NCBI RefSeq assembly: GCF_006345805.1
Contig: NC_043024.1
Coordinates: forward strand, 16,926,001 to 16,990,000
Length of the DNA: 64,000 bases
Source: Octopus sinensis
Lineage: Eukaryota
Direction: 5' to 3'
In this document: positions 13,791 to 26,344 of the stretch, one piece after another
Numbering within the stretch: the first letter of the stretch is position 1
How the letters are laid out: each line of letters opens with the position of its first letter
Translations under genes and position numbers: made by a program
The notes under the pieces: model-generated
The model's database searches: none
What the model was told of the DNA's origin: nothing
Seen by the model: the letters and a program-made list of their open reading frames with translations, nothing else

Positions 13791-14065
13791 TATGTATGTA
13801 TGTATATTGGTGAGGTTGTTGTTTTGCTTCCAAATATATTTAAGATCCAGCAAACCCCTGATAAAAGTTGTTCTGGACCATCAGATATAATGTATATGTG
13901 CTCTTATATTAAGATGATTTGAGGGGAATTTTGGTGTTATTTTTATCAAGCTCAATGCCCACATTTTTGGGAGCATTTTCTGGATTTTATTTTAATCTTC
14001 ATATTTATTGATTTCATAATTGATTGTTAGAATACAAAACAATTGAGAGATGTGTGTTTGTGTGT

Positions 14066-14378
14066 AGGGAAGGCACATGGCATAATGGTTAAGGTATTTT
14101 ACTCATGATCATGAGGTCGATTTCAAATCCTAGTGGCCTTGAGCAGGACACTTTATTCCACATTGCTCCAGTTCACTCAGCTGGCAAAAATGAGTAGTAC
14201 CTGTATTTCAAAGGACCAGCCTTGTCACATCCTGTGTCAGTCTGAATCTCCCTGAAAACTACATTAAGAGTACATATGTCTGTGGAGTACTCAGCCACTT
14301 GCACATTGATTTCATGAGCAGGCTGTTCCATTGATCAGATCAACCGGAACCCTTGTCATCATAACTGATGGCGTGCCA
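14066..14378 (+). mobile_element. tRNA-headed SINE family C
   Basis: GGCACATGGCATAATGGTTAAGG head followed by TTGAGCAGGACAC...TTGCTCCAGTTCACTCAGCTGGCAAAAATGAG body. Confidence 0.75.
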
Positions 14379-14451
14379 GTAGTAGTAGTAGTCATCATTA
14401 TTATCATCGTCACCATCATCATCATCTAATGTCCATCTTCGATGCATTCTT

Positions 14452-14792
14452 TTATTCTTTTACATGTTTCAGTCATATGACTATAGCCATGCTGGAGCAC
14501 TGCCTTGAAGGGTTATAGTCGAAGAAATCGACCCCAGGAGTTATTCTTTGTAAGCCTAGTATTTATTTTATCGGTCTCTTTCGCTGAACAACTAAGTTAC
14601 AGGAAAGTAAACACAGCAACATCAGTTATCAAGCAATGGTAGCAGGAAGTGGGATGGGGCAAACACAGACACATAAATATATATATCTACATATATATAT
14701 ATAATGGGTTGTTTTCAGTTTCCATCTACCAAATCCACTCATGAGGCATTGGTCGGCCTGAGGCTATAGTAGAAGACACTTGCCCAAGGTGC
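14452..14792 (-). mobile_element. SINE family A, 5'-truncated, fused head-to-head with the next copy
   Basis: Reverse complement of the family A body, ending at GACACTTGCCCAAGGTGC. Confidence 0.85.
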
Positions 14793-14952
14793 AGGAGTGG
14801 CTGTGTGGTAAGTAGCTTGCTTACCAACCACATGGTTTTGGGTTCAGTCCGACTGCATGGCACCTTGGGTGAGTGTCTTCTACGATAGACTCAAGCCAAC
14901 CAATGCCTTGTGAGTGGATTTGGTAGACGGAAACTGAAAGAGGCCCGTTGTG

Positions 14953-14993
<41 letters not shown>

Positions 14994-15198
14994 TGTATAT
15001 GTTTGTCCCCACTGACATCACTTGACAACCGATCTTGATGCATTTACGTCCCCATAACTTAGCAGTTCAACAAAAACAATTGATAGAATAAGTACTAGGC
15101 CTACAAAGAATAAGTCCTGGGGTTGATTTGTTTGACTAAAGGTTGTGCTCTAGTATGGCCACCATCAAATGCCTGAAACAAGTAAAAAGATAGAAGAA
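14788..15198 (+). mobile_element. SINE family A, full-length
   Basis: GGTGCAGGAGTGGCTGTGTGGTAAG head through CCTGAAACAAGTAAAAAG tail. Confidence 0.9.
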
Positions 15199-15744
15199 TA
15201 AAAGGGTTTATAGATTCTGATATTAGACTATTTTCTGCAGTCATGGCTGAAAAGCTTAAGTTTATAATTATATTTACAAAATTTTCGCTTGTCACTGTTT
15301 CTTTACATACACAGAATACATTTATATATTTATATATGTGTGTGTGTGTATCTGTTTATGTTTGTATATACATATACATGTGTAATGACAAACACACACA
15401 CATATAAAGAGAGAAAGAGAGACAATGTAACACTTAAACATTATTATTTTCTCAAATATTTCAGGAAATCATCTCCGCTCATTTTCTCTTTCCATTTGAT
15501 TAAGAAAGAAAAGTTTAAATTACATTTCCATTCTCTTCCAATCCTTGTTTGTCATTTGAATGAGTTGTAATTATTCAAATTATTCAACTGCAAGTTAAAA
15601 TATTTCAAATGGAATTAGAGAAATATGAAGAGATGAAATAAATGTCCTGCGTCTTTATTTTGTTGGCAAGATTTCAATTCAGATTCATTTCATTGCAAGA
15701 CATTGTTTTCTATCAAAGCTACACATTTGTGGGAGAAGCAAGCA

Positions 15745-16318
15745 GTGAAGAGGATTAAATCAGCTCCAGTACTTCATTGGTACTCTATATTATTGACCTT
15801 GGAGGGATGGATGACAAAATTGTTCTCAGCATGAATTGAACTTGGAATGTGAAGATCTAAAACAAACGCTTTCAGGCATTTTATCTGACTCTGCCAATCC
15901 AAGATATTGGTTTGAAATTTTGATACATGGCCAACAAGTTTGGAGGAGGAGTTAAGTCATCTCCATCAACCTCAGTATTCAGCTGGTATTTATTTTATTG
16001 ATCCCCTAAAGGACAAAAAGCAAAGTCAATTTTGGTGGAATTCGAATTCTGAACATAAAGTGTGACAAAATACCATTAAGCATTTCGCCCGGCATGCTAA
16101 CGATTCTTTTCTAATACAGGCCCAAGGCCTGAAATTTGTGGGGAGGGGATTAGTCGATTACATCTACCCAAGTGTTTCACTGGTACTTAGTTTATTGACC
16201 CTGAAAGGATGAAAAGCAAAGTTGACCCTGGTGACATTTGAACTCGGAACATGCAGTCAAGTGAAATACTGCTTAAGCATTTCTCCCGCCATGCTAATGA
16301 TTCTGCCAGCTTTCTGCT
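15745..16318 (-). mobile_element. Three tandem copies of tRNA-related SINE family D
   Basis: Three successive units containing TTTATTGA(C/T)CCC...AAAGG...AAAGT...GAACTC...GCATTT, increasingly diverged leftwards. Confidence 0.75.
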
Positions 16319-16735
16319 TTAACTAGTTTCAAGATATTATTTCTGTATTTTTCTCCCTGTTTTTAGAGTTGGGAGGCAGCGAGTTACCAGAGTCGGTAGA
16401 GCATCAGATAAAATGTTTGATGGTATTTGTCCTGGGTTCAGTCCCACTGTGTGGCACCTTAGGCAAGTGTCTTCTACCAAAGCCTTTTGAGTAGATTTAG
16501 TAGACAGAAACCGAAAGAAGCCTGTTGTGTTTATATATATATATACACACACATACACACACAAGTGAGTGGACAAATGAAAGAAGAGCACTCAATGCAT
16601 TTATTGGGGGTTACATGTATGGAGCAAAACAGTTGGATGTCATGTTTATCCTCAGCCATTCACATTTCCAATGGCTGGGGATAAGTATCACACTTTGAAA
16701 CTTCAAGCACCGAATTTGAATCAAACTATTTTGAT

Positions 16736-16770
<35 letters not shown>

Positions 16771-17074
16771 CACATATGCATGTATGTATATGCAGTGGTA
16801 GACCAGCTTGCGTAATGACAAGTGGGAACCTGTGCCATTAGAATCTATATATGGGGTCCCGTGTTGGTATCTAAGGGGCCCATTTCCCCAAGTTTGTGAA
16901 TTTTTTATTCACACCCAGAAGAATGCATTAATTATTTCAGCCTGGCTATGTTTGTAGACAGTTGAAAAGAATACTTTTTAACAAAAAAAACAAAAAAACT
17001 AAATGATAGCATTGTTGTTACGGGTGCCCCCCTCTTAGTTTTGGCAACCAGTATTTTTAGACCTAGTCTGCCAC

Positions 17075-17131
<57 letters not shown>

Positions 17132-17142
17132 GTATGTGAAAG

Positions 17143-17472
17143 CGCATAGCTCAGTGGTTAGAGTGTCGAGCTTATGATCTTGAAGTTGTGAGCTTGAATC
17201 CTGGACTGGGCTGCGTGTTGTGTTCTTGAGCAAGACACTTTATTTCACATTGCTCCAGTTCACTCAGCTGTAGAAATGAGTTGCGATGTCATAGGTGCCA
17301 AGCTGTAACGGCCATTGCATTTCCTTTGGATAATACTGGTGGTGTGGAGAGGGGAGGGTGGTATGCATGGGTAACTGCTGGTTTTCCATAAACAACCTTG
17401 CCCGGACTTGTGCCTAGGAGGGTAACTTTCTAGGTGCAATCCCATGGTCTGTGTTGTGACCGAAGGGGGTCT
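17143..17472 (+). mobile_element. tRNA-headed SINE family C, full-length
   Basis: GCGCATAGCTCAGTGGTTAGAG A box, GCTTGAATCC B-box variant, and 3' end CCCATGGTCTGTGTTGTGACCGAAGGGGGTCTC. Confidence 0.85.
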
Positions 17473-17477
17473 CAGAT

Positions 17478-17680
17478 GTGTGTGTTTGTCTTCCACCACC
17501 ACTGGACAACTGATGTTGGTGTGTTTACATCCCTATAACAGCAGTTTGGCAAAAGAAATCGATTAAAAGAGGTGTCAGGCTTTCAAAAAATAAATATTGG
17601 AGGTGATTTGTTTGGCTAAAATTCTTCAATGTGATGCTCCAACATGGTCATAGTCTAATGACGAAAAACAAGTAAAAGAT
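17478..17680 (+). mobile_element. SINE family A, 3' half
   Basis: Degenerate match to the family A 3' half. Confidence 0.65.
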
Positions 17681-19384
17681 GGATTTCAAATCTCACTAGC
17701 AATAAGCTTGTCTTTCATCTTTTAGGGTTGATATAAAAAAAAAATAAGGTGGCATTCCAGAGGGGCATATCAGTGGAATGATTAAAGTGTCAGACAAGAT
17801 GCTTTGTGGTATCTGATTCAGCCCTTTGTGGCTGGAGTTTAAATACCACTTCCTGTCACTGTAAAAATAAAGAATGGTAACACTTCCGTTAGGAGTTGTG
17901 ACTAGAAGAAACCATTGAAAAGCTGGTTGTCTTGATTTGATGATCAGCTGCCATCACCACACCTCTTTGTGAATGGCTTGATTTTTGCCATTTTATTGAT
18001 ACAACTGCAATTTAATTGGAATTTAACATAGTAAAATGACTTATGAATAAAGAATGCAAGAAATCATGGCTCAATAATTGCCGCTGGTTTTTTGTTTCAT
18101 TTCTGCAAACATTTCCTAGTCTCCTATTTTCATTTATTTCTTTTAAATATGAAATTCAAGGTTTTTACAATGTTTGTATAAAATTTTTTTCTCTTCATCA
18201 AATTCAAATTCTTCTTCTAAAATGAGAGAGAGAAATAGACAGACAAACAGACAGACAGACAGACTGACCAAGACTGCTTGTATTTTAGTTTTTAGTTTTA
18301 ACTATCATGATGAAGGCCATGCTGGAGTATTGACTTAGATCTTATATGCAGTCTTTATTTCTGCTACCGTTTCCAACATTCTTCAACTAATAACAAAAGA
18401 CCAAAAAAGAATTAAAATATGTCTGACTTGATGTTGTACTGCATTTGTATTCTCTGAAGAGGAATTTCAAATCATTGAATAGAAACTTAAATATTTGAAA
18501 TTGAATTATTAAAAAGTGAAGAGGAAGAGACTTATTATCAATTAAATTTTTTACAGTGTTTATTTTCTTGCCGATGTTTCCGCTTGGATTCCGTCATACT
18601 CAAGAGATTATTTTGGTTTCGTGTTTGTATTTGTATAGTTGTCTTTGGTGTTGTGAGCGTCGTCGTTGTCGTCGTTGTTGTTGATGTTGTTGTTTATTTA
18701 TGAGGTTCCCAGGGATTAGAGTGAAATTTCAGTTTTGAAGCTAATTGTCGTTGAATTGATGGTGGTGGTGGGAGGCGGGGACGATGCAGCGAAGAAGGAG
18801 TGTTGTGATAATGTTGAAGTAATCCAAAGCAAATGGATGGCTGGGTGAATGTTTGAAGATAATTGTATTAAGTTAACGTAGCAGATGATTGGATAGAATT
18901 GTCCAATGCTGCTTGTTTCTGGGAACATATGGTTGGTGAGGGAGACTTGTTGTTGTTGTTTAGCCCCAGGTCAGTCCTGATCAAGCAGTGACCTATGATC
19001 AAAGGTATTCAAAGCATGACCATCTAGGATGATTTTTTTCCTTTTTGCTCCCAGATATAGTGTCTCTGGGACTATGCACCACGCAATATGGCTTATTTCT
19101 TTTTAAGGTGCTAAGTTGTGATGTCGCGGGACAGATTTGGCTGCTGTTTCTTACAGGTTGAGAAACAACCAGGTTTCAAATTTGCATGTGTGTATGTATG
19201 TGTGTTTGTTGCACACGTACATACACACATATGTATATATGTACGTATGTGTATATGTGTTAACATGTGTGTATACAGTTAAGTCTTGTGTACATATGTG
19301 TGTAAATATATATATACTAGCAGTATAACCTGGCCTTCAACACACACACACACATATATGTGTGTGTGAGTGTGTGTATGTATT

Positions 19385-19556
19385 TGTATGACTGGTATGT
19401 TTACATCCCCTTAACTTAGCGCTTCAGAAAAAGAGACCTATAGAATAAGTAGCAGGCTTACAAAGAATAAGTCTTGGGGTTGATTTGCTCGACTAAAGGT
19501 GGTGCTTCAGTATGGCCACAGTCAATTTACTGAAACAAGTAAAAGAACAAAAGAAT
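19385..19556 (+). mobile_element. SINE family A, 3' half
   Basis: GGTATGTTTACATCCCC...ACTGAAACAAGTAAAAGA. Confidence 0.8.
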
Positions 19557-19574
19557 ATATATATCTTTATATAT

Positions 19575-19885
19575 ATCATCATCATCATTTAATGTCCGCT
19601 TTCCATGCTAGCATGGGTTGGACGGTTCAACTGGGGTCTGGGAAGCCAGAAGGCTGCACCAGGCTCAGTCTGATCTGGCAATGTTTCTATGGCTGGATGC
19701 CCTTCCTAATGCCAACCACTCCGTGAGTGTAGTGGGAGCTTTTTACGTGCCAGACGGGGCTGGCAAACAGCCACGGTGAGATGGTGCTTTTTACGTGCCA
19801 CCAGCACGGAAGCCAGGCGAGGCTGGCAACAGCCACGATCGGATGGTGCTTTTTACGTGCCACCGGCACGGAGGCCCGTTGCACT
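19575..19885 (-). mobile_element. SINE-like family B copy
   Basis: (CAT)n tail and body, with three GCTTTTTACGTGCCA subrepeats. Confidence 0.85.
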
Positions 19886-19905
19886 GGCATATATATATAT
19901 ATATA

Positions 19906-20095
19906 TGGTGGCACGTAAAAAGCACCCACTACACTCGCGAAGTGGTTGGCGTTAGGAAGGGCATCCAGCCGTAGAAACTCTGCCAGATTAGACTGGAGCC
20001 TGGAGCAGCCCCTGGCTTCCCAGACCCCGGTCGAACCGTCCAACCCGTGCTAGCGCGGAAAATGGACGTTAAACGATGATGATGATGATGATGAT
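19906..20095 (+). mobile_element. SINE-like family B copy, inverted relative to 19575-19885
   Basis: TGGTTGGCGTTAGGAAGGGCATCCAGCCGTAGAAA...GGACGTTAAACGATGATGATG tail. Confidence 0.85.
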
Positions 20096-20821
20096 ATATA
20101 TATACCTCTTTCCCTAATTCTTTCACAAATTTTCTGTCTCACTCTTTATTTTCACTCAAACACACACACACACACATGTATGTACTCTCTGTTTCTCTTT
20201 CTCTCTCTCCACCCTCTCTCTCTCTTTCATGCATACTTACACTCTATTTCTAATTCATAATTGCTAATTTAATCACTGCCCCCTCCACCTCATCTATTGA
20301 AATCCCAGCATTCATTGCAATAATTCAATTTTATAGTTTTACTTTCCATATCCCATCATGCAATAGGAACATTCCAACAGTCATAAAGAGTTTCCTTTTC
20401 TATTCTCATTCTCTCCCTCCATCCATGCCCCACTCCTCAAATATTTTTGTTTTTTTCCAACTACTCCACTCAATGTCCAACCCTAACGATTACCTCATCA
20501 TTTTATTAATTATTATTTTGGTCTCCGTATATAATTAAGAGCGAAATATAATTAGAATTATAGCTATGACATCATTGAATAGAGTCAGCAGCTTCAATAG
20601 AACCCTGTTGAATTGGATTAGGTGGGAGGGAAAGATACTAGTGATAATTTTGTGGCTGTTCTTGTTATTGTTTAGCACCAGGAAGGTCAGCTCTGATCAA
20701 ACAGACAGACTTACATTCAGTCAAAGGCCTTCCAGTAATGACCAGCCTGTCTCTTTTGCCAAAGTGCTAAGTTACTGGGATGTAAACAAACCAACACTGG
20801 TTGTCAAGTAGTGATGAGGCA

Positions 20822-20994
20822 CGAGGGTGGCTGTGTGGTAAGTAGCTTGCTTATGAACCACATGGTTCTGGGTTCAGTTCCACTGCGTGGCACCTTGGGA
20901 AAGTGTCTTCTACTATAGCTTCGGGCCAACCAAAGCCTTGTGAGTGGCTTTGGTAGATGGAAACTGAAAGAAGCCCATCATATACATGCGTATG

Positions 20995-21033
<39 letters not shown>

Positions 21034-21238
21034 GTATGTATGTATGTCTGTATTTGTCCCCCGAACATCACTTCACAACTGCTGGTGTGTTTACGTCCCG
21101 GTAACTTAGCAGTTTGGCAAAAGAGACCGATAGAATAAGTACTAGTCTTGCAGCGAGTAAGTCCTGGGGTCGATTTGCTTGACTAAAGGTGGTGCTCCAG
21201 CATGGCAACAGTCAAATGACTGAAACAAATAAAAGAGT
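20822..21238 (+). mobile_element. SINE family A, full-length (a short inverted fragment lies at 20753-20820)
   Basis: Head, (TA)n centre and canonical tail. Confidence 0.88.
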
Positions 21239-21400
21239 ATATACACATATATATATCTTTTAAATTTGTTTATGGGAATCACTTTGAATATGCAAATAAA
21301 GCTCCTATTCCATTATGCTAGCCCCGGTCTAATGATGCTGACTGGTGAACCAGTTTTTTGGGAGGGCATTGAGCTGTACTGATATAATGTAGGATAAATA

Positions 21401-21830
21401 TAATAATAATAAATATAATCCTAGGGTGGAATTTATAAACATTTAATGCATCCCTACAAATCACATGTCTCTTTAGATTAGTGTCCTAGGATGATTAAAA
21501 TCTAGTCTGTAGTGTCCTTGGAAATCGGGTAGATCATCTCGGATTCATTTCTTTGTCTGATATAACATTAATAGATGTTTATCAGAGGGATGTTTATCTC
21601 TTTTGACCATTATGAAGGTTGGTTGAGTTAATCTTATATTACCTGAAGAAATGAATCCATGAAAATATCTACTCGATGTCCAAGGATATTACAGACTACA
21701 TTGTAATCATCCCAGGAATACAGATTCTGATCTTAAGAGAAGAGACATGTGATTTGTCGAAACACATGTAGGAATGTATTAAACATTTATAAATTCCATC
21801 CAAGGTTTATTGTTACTATTATTATTATTA
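21401..21830. mobile_element. Fold-back element (~190-bp arms) with degenerate hammerhead core
   Basis: CCTAGGATGATTAAAATCTAGTCTGTAGTGTCCTTGGAAATCGGGTAGAT pairs with ATCTACTCGATGTCCAAGGATATTACAGACTACATTGTAATCATCCCAGG. The right arm carries GAC-N9-GTC-GAAA-CACATG-TA. Confidence 0.75.
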
Positions 21831-21989
21831 CTATATATGTGGAGGCGCAATGGCCCAGCGGTTAGGGCAGCAGACTCGCGGTTGGAGGATCGCGGTTTCG
21901 ATTCTCAGACCGTGTGTGTGTTTATTTACATCTGGATGCCCTTCTTAACACCAACCACTCTGTAGAGTGGACTCAGTGCTTTTTCATTG

Positions 21990-22606
21990 GCTTCTTTCTG
22001 CTTCCATCTATCAGAACCACTCACAAGGCTTTGGTTGGCCCAAGACTGTATTAGAAAACACTTGTCCAAGTTGCCACACTATAGAACCGAACCTGACACC
22101 ATGTAGTTGGGAAGCAAGCTTCTTATTTCTTTACTGCCCACAAGGGGCGAAGCATAGAGGGGACAAACAAGGACAGACAAACGGATTAAGTCAATTACAT
22201 TGACCCCAGTTTGTAACTGGTACTGAAAGGATGAAAGGCAAAGTCGACCTCAGCGGAATTTGAACTCAGAACGAAATGTCAGACAAAATACCGCTAATCA
22301 TTTTGCCCGGTGTGCTAACGTTTCTGCCAGCTCAATGCCTTTTTGGGCCTCTTTGAGTTTCTGTCTGACAAATCCACCCACAAGGTGTTGGTTGGCCTGA
22401 GTCTATAGTAGAAGACACTTGCCTGATGTGCCATGCAGTCGGACTGAACACAGAACCATATGGTTGGTAAGCAAGCTACTTACCACATAGCCACTCCTGC
22501 AGCTTGGGCAAGTGTCTTCTACCATAGCCTCAGAACGTAACGGCAGACAAAATACCGCTAAGCATTTCGCCCGACATGCTAATGTTTCTGCCAGCTCGCC
22601 ACCTTA
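21990..22606 (-). mobile_element. Cluster of interleaved SINE A and SINE D fragments
   Basis: Family A 5' halves at ~21990-22115 and ~22345-22500; family D at ~22172-22335 and ~22530-22606. Confidence 0.75.
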
Positions 22607-23416
22607 GGAAGCAAGCTTCTTACCTCACAGCCACACCTGTGTCAGTTCAAGATAACATTATATTGGAGTAAATACACTGGTTCGATGATGGTAGTGGTTT
22701 CAAGTTTCACCACGGAAGGATCAATAAATCATCTTGATTGACAGAAGATATATCTTACCATAAATTACACAATATGACTAAGAATAATGGTGCATTGAGG
22801 GAAGGAGCCATGTCAAAGTTGTGGTTGATTTTTTTGTTTCTTCGTGTCATTTCGAATGAGAATGGAGTGGGAGTAAAAAAAAAGTGGGGTTAGATTTTTT
22901 AGAACATGATGATAATGATGATGACAATAATAACAACAATGATGATGATGATAATAATAATAATAGTGATGATGATAATAGTAATAATAATATTTTTTAT
23001 TGTATGTATGCAAAATATTCATTAATATTTCAATGCGTATGAACAACATCAAAAGGATTGTTATAACTGAGAGGTGAAATGATGCAACGTTCAGTCAAAC
23101 ATTATTGTAGATATCGGACACGGTGGGGGTGGAGTGGTGTGGGTGGGGTGGGGGGAGATGTGATGTGGGGAGGGGGAGGAAAGCAAATTGAAAAATAAAT
23201 AAGTAAAAGTATTTTATATAGGGGTGTTTTGGTGTGTGAGTGTGCATATATATTTATGTATTTGTATAAATATACGTGTGTGTGTATATATATATATATA
23301 TTTGGTGTATGTCTTGTGTCTCTCTTAATCTGTCTGTCTGTCCATCTCTATATATATACATATATGTATACATGTATATATGTATATGTGTGTATGTATA
23401 TGTGTGTGTGTGTGTG

Positions 23417-23449
<33 letters not shown>

Positions 23450-23625
23450 GCAATCTATATTATCTGATAAGAGAAAAAGTTGTATATCATATTTCAGACG
23501 ATATTTGATGTACAAGATTGGAATTTTCTTTGATCATATGCTGTCTGTGAACCATTTCAATTTGTAGAACAATGCTAGAGGCCAACCATACCTCTTTCTA
23601 CACACGCACACACACACACACACAG

Positions 23626-23665
<40 letters not shown>

Positions 23666-23700
23666 GTGTGTGTGAGTGTGTGTGTGTATATATATATATA

Positions 23701-23714
<14 letters not shown>

Positions 23715-23735
<21 letters not shown>

Positions 23736-24050
23736 GTACATACATACATTATATATATATATATATATATATGTACATACATACATATATATATATATAA
23801 TATATATATATATATATAATGTACATACATACATATATATATATATGTACATACATACATTATATATATATGTACATACATACATTATATATATATATGT
23901 ACATACATACATTATATATATATATATATGTACATACATACATTATATATATATATATGTACATACATACATTATATATATATATATGTACATACATACA
24001 TTATATATATATATATATGTACATACATACATTATATATATATATATATC
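23715..24050. repeat. Minisatellite, unit GTACATACATACAT(TA)n of ~30 bp
   Basis: About 11 consecutive units are visible. Confidence 0.92.
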
Positions 24051-24792
24051 TTGCTAGCAGCCAAGGACCTTCCTTATTTCGTGTTTCTTTGCTAAATGTC
24101 TTCAGATCATATTCTCTGGTTTTACCAGTTTACATTATAAAACCTAGCTTGTTTGTTATTTATTTAATTCTGACATGAAACTCTGACACAACGCTTTTAA
24201 GTTTTTGTAAAGGTGTGTGTATCTGTTTGTGTGTGTATTTGTGTTTAAATGAATGTGTTTAGGCCCAAACCAGGGTGTGATTTGAATGAGAATTTGCTGG
24301 TACATTTTAGTAAATTAACTGACACCATTGGTATTCTGTTTTGTTTGTAGCTTATAAGTAATGTGTGTGTGTGTGTGTGTGTTACTGCTGCATCATTATT
24401 ATCATCAATTTATGGCTCTTTTCCATGCTGGCAGGGGTTGGACTGGTTATCACAATCTGAGCCATTATTCAGAGTCACTACTCTCTTAGACTGGTGTTCA
24501 TCTGTGTCAGTTTGGTTTGGTTTCTATGGCTGAATGCACCTTTTGCCAACCACTTACACTGTGTGTGTGTGTGTGTGTGCGTGTGTGTGTGTTTGTGTGT
24601 GTGTAGTATGTTCTTGCCCAGTCTTTCTCATTCAGAAATCTTCAGTCACTCACAAGTGAGTCTGACCTAGGAGCTTCTACCACATTGTCTCTTGTTGTTT
24701 TCGGTACCTTCATAGTCAGGAGGAAACAAATTATCCCTTAACCCTCCCATGCATTTTTCTGTGTGTATGTATGTGTGTGTGTGCACCTATAT

Positions 24793-24859
<67 letters not shown>

Positions 24860-25343
24860 CTCCTATTTCCAACAGGTAGACATACTTGTCCTTTGGTTAA
24901 TTTTAATCCTTCAGCTATTTAATGCTTTTTGGTGCCTGCAATTTCCTGTATTATTGATTCTGTCATCATTTTTAAATTATTACACTAGATAATAACAGAA
25001 TCAATAATATCTTTGCAAATATTTTCTCCTGAATTATTTGCTCCATATTGAAATTATATATATTTATATATTTCATTGCTATTATGTTAAACTGTTGTAT
25101 GTCCAGATTTGGCCAAATATGTTTATTTTTATATTTATTTTTGCTTGCAATAGCCCATTCTTTTTGTCAAATTATTGTATCTCCAGCTGCTTCAGATGCC
25201 AAGTTATCAAAATTTGTCGATGTGTAGTACAATAGTTTTACTATGGAACGGTGGAACTATTTTTATGTTTTCTGAAAAAGCAACATTTTGGACTTACGAC
25301 ACTTTTGCATAATAGTAACGATATATATATATATATAGATGTG

Positions 25344-25379
<36 letters not shown>

Positions 25380-25572
25380 ACAAGAAATAATTTTTGCTTC
25401 TTTTTATTAAAACAAAAATGGTTTATAGGACTGCAAAAAGAAGTGATCAAATGAAATTGAGACAGAGATAAAAAAATATTGATTTCAGAACAAACACTGA
25501 ATTCAGGCCAATGACATTATATAACACCACACTTCCATACATTTCACCATCATATATATATATATGTATATA

Positions 25573-25935
25573 GGTGCAAGTGTGGCTGTGTGGTAAGAAG
25601 CTTGCTTCCCAAACACATGGTTCGAGGTTCAACCCCACTGCATGGCACTTGGGGAAGTATCCTCTATGATAGCCCTGGGCTTACCAAACCCTTGTGATAG
25701 ATAGAAACTGAAAGAAGTTTGTTGCATATGTGTGTGTGTTTTTCGTCTTTCCATCCCCACCACTTGACCACTGATCTTGCTGTGTTTACGTCCCCGTGAC
25801 CTAGTGCTTCAGCACAAGAAACTGATAGAATAAGTACTAGGTTTACAAAGAATAAGTCCTGGGGTCGATTTGTTCGACTAAAGGCAGTGCTCCAGTGTGG
25901 CCACAGTCAAATGAGTGAAACCAATAAAAGTATAA
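25573..25935 (+). mobile_element. SINE family A, full-length
   Basis: GGTGCAAGTGTGGCTGTGTGGTAAG...GGTTCGAGGTTCAAACC head and canonical tail. Confidence 0.85.
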
Positions 25936-26344
25936 AGGAATATATGAAATACAATGAGTATAGATCTGAGAAGACCATTGTTCAAATATGGACTGCATAG
26001 AATGATAATATACACAGGGTGGCTGGATATACTGTCATGTACTTCATATATTTTTTGTGTGCTTATGTGTGTGTATATATATGGATGTATATGCAGGATT
26101 CTTATTTACATGAAGTGGTATTATTTTCTCATTGGTTAATTATGCAAACTGTTGCTAGGATCTGTGCATTTGTGTGTGTATGTGTGTGTGATATTATATC
26201 AGTCACAATCCATTTGATAGGGAAGCTGTATTTATACAAGAATAGACCGTACCACTCCTTTCCATATTCCCTTGTTCTTAGCGAACCCCATATTTTTCTC
26301 ATTTTACCCCACCTCCACCCTCCGTCCAATCCTTAGATGTTTCT

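Noticed and set aside
17850-18010. Minus-strand exon candidate (KSSHSQRGVVMAA)
   Set aside because: Weak donor, short frame and only a chance-level resemblance to adaptin.
19317-19336. Helitron 3' tip on the minus strand (GGCCAGGTTATACTGCTAG)
   Set aside because: Only ~20 bp, with no matching 5' end identifiable.
21843-21912. tRNA genes here and at 53928-53995 and 60763-60836
   Set aside because: A/B boxes are present but the cloverleafs are imperfect and the sequences match or continue into SINE bodies, so these are SINE heads.
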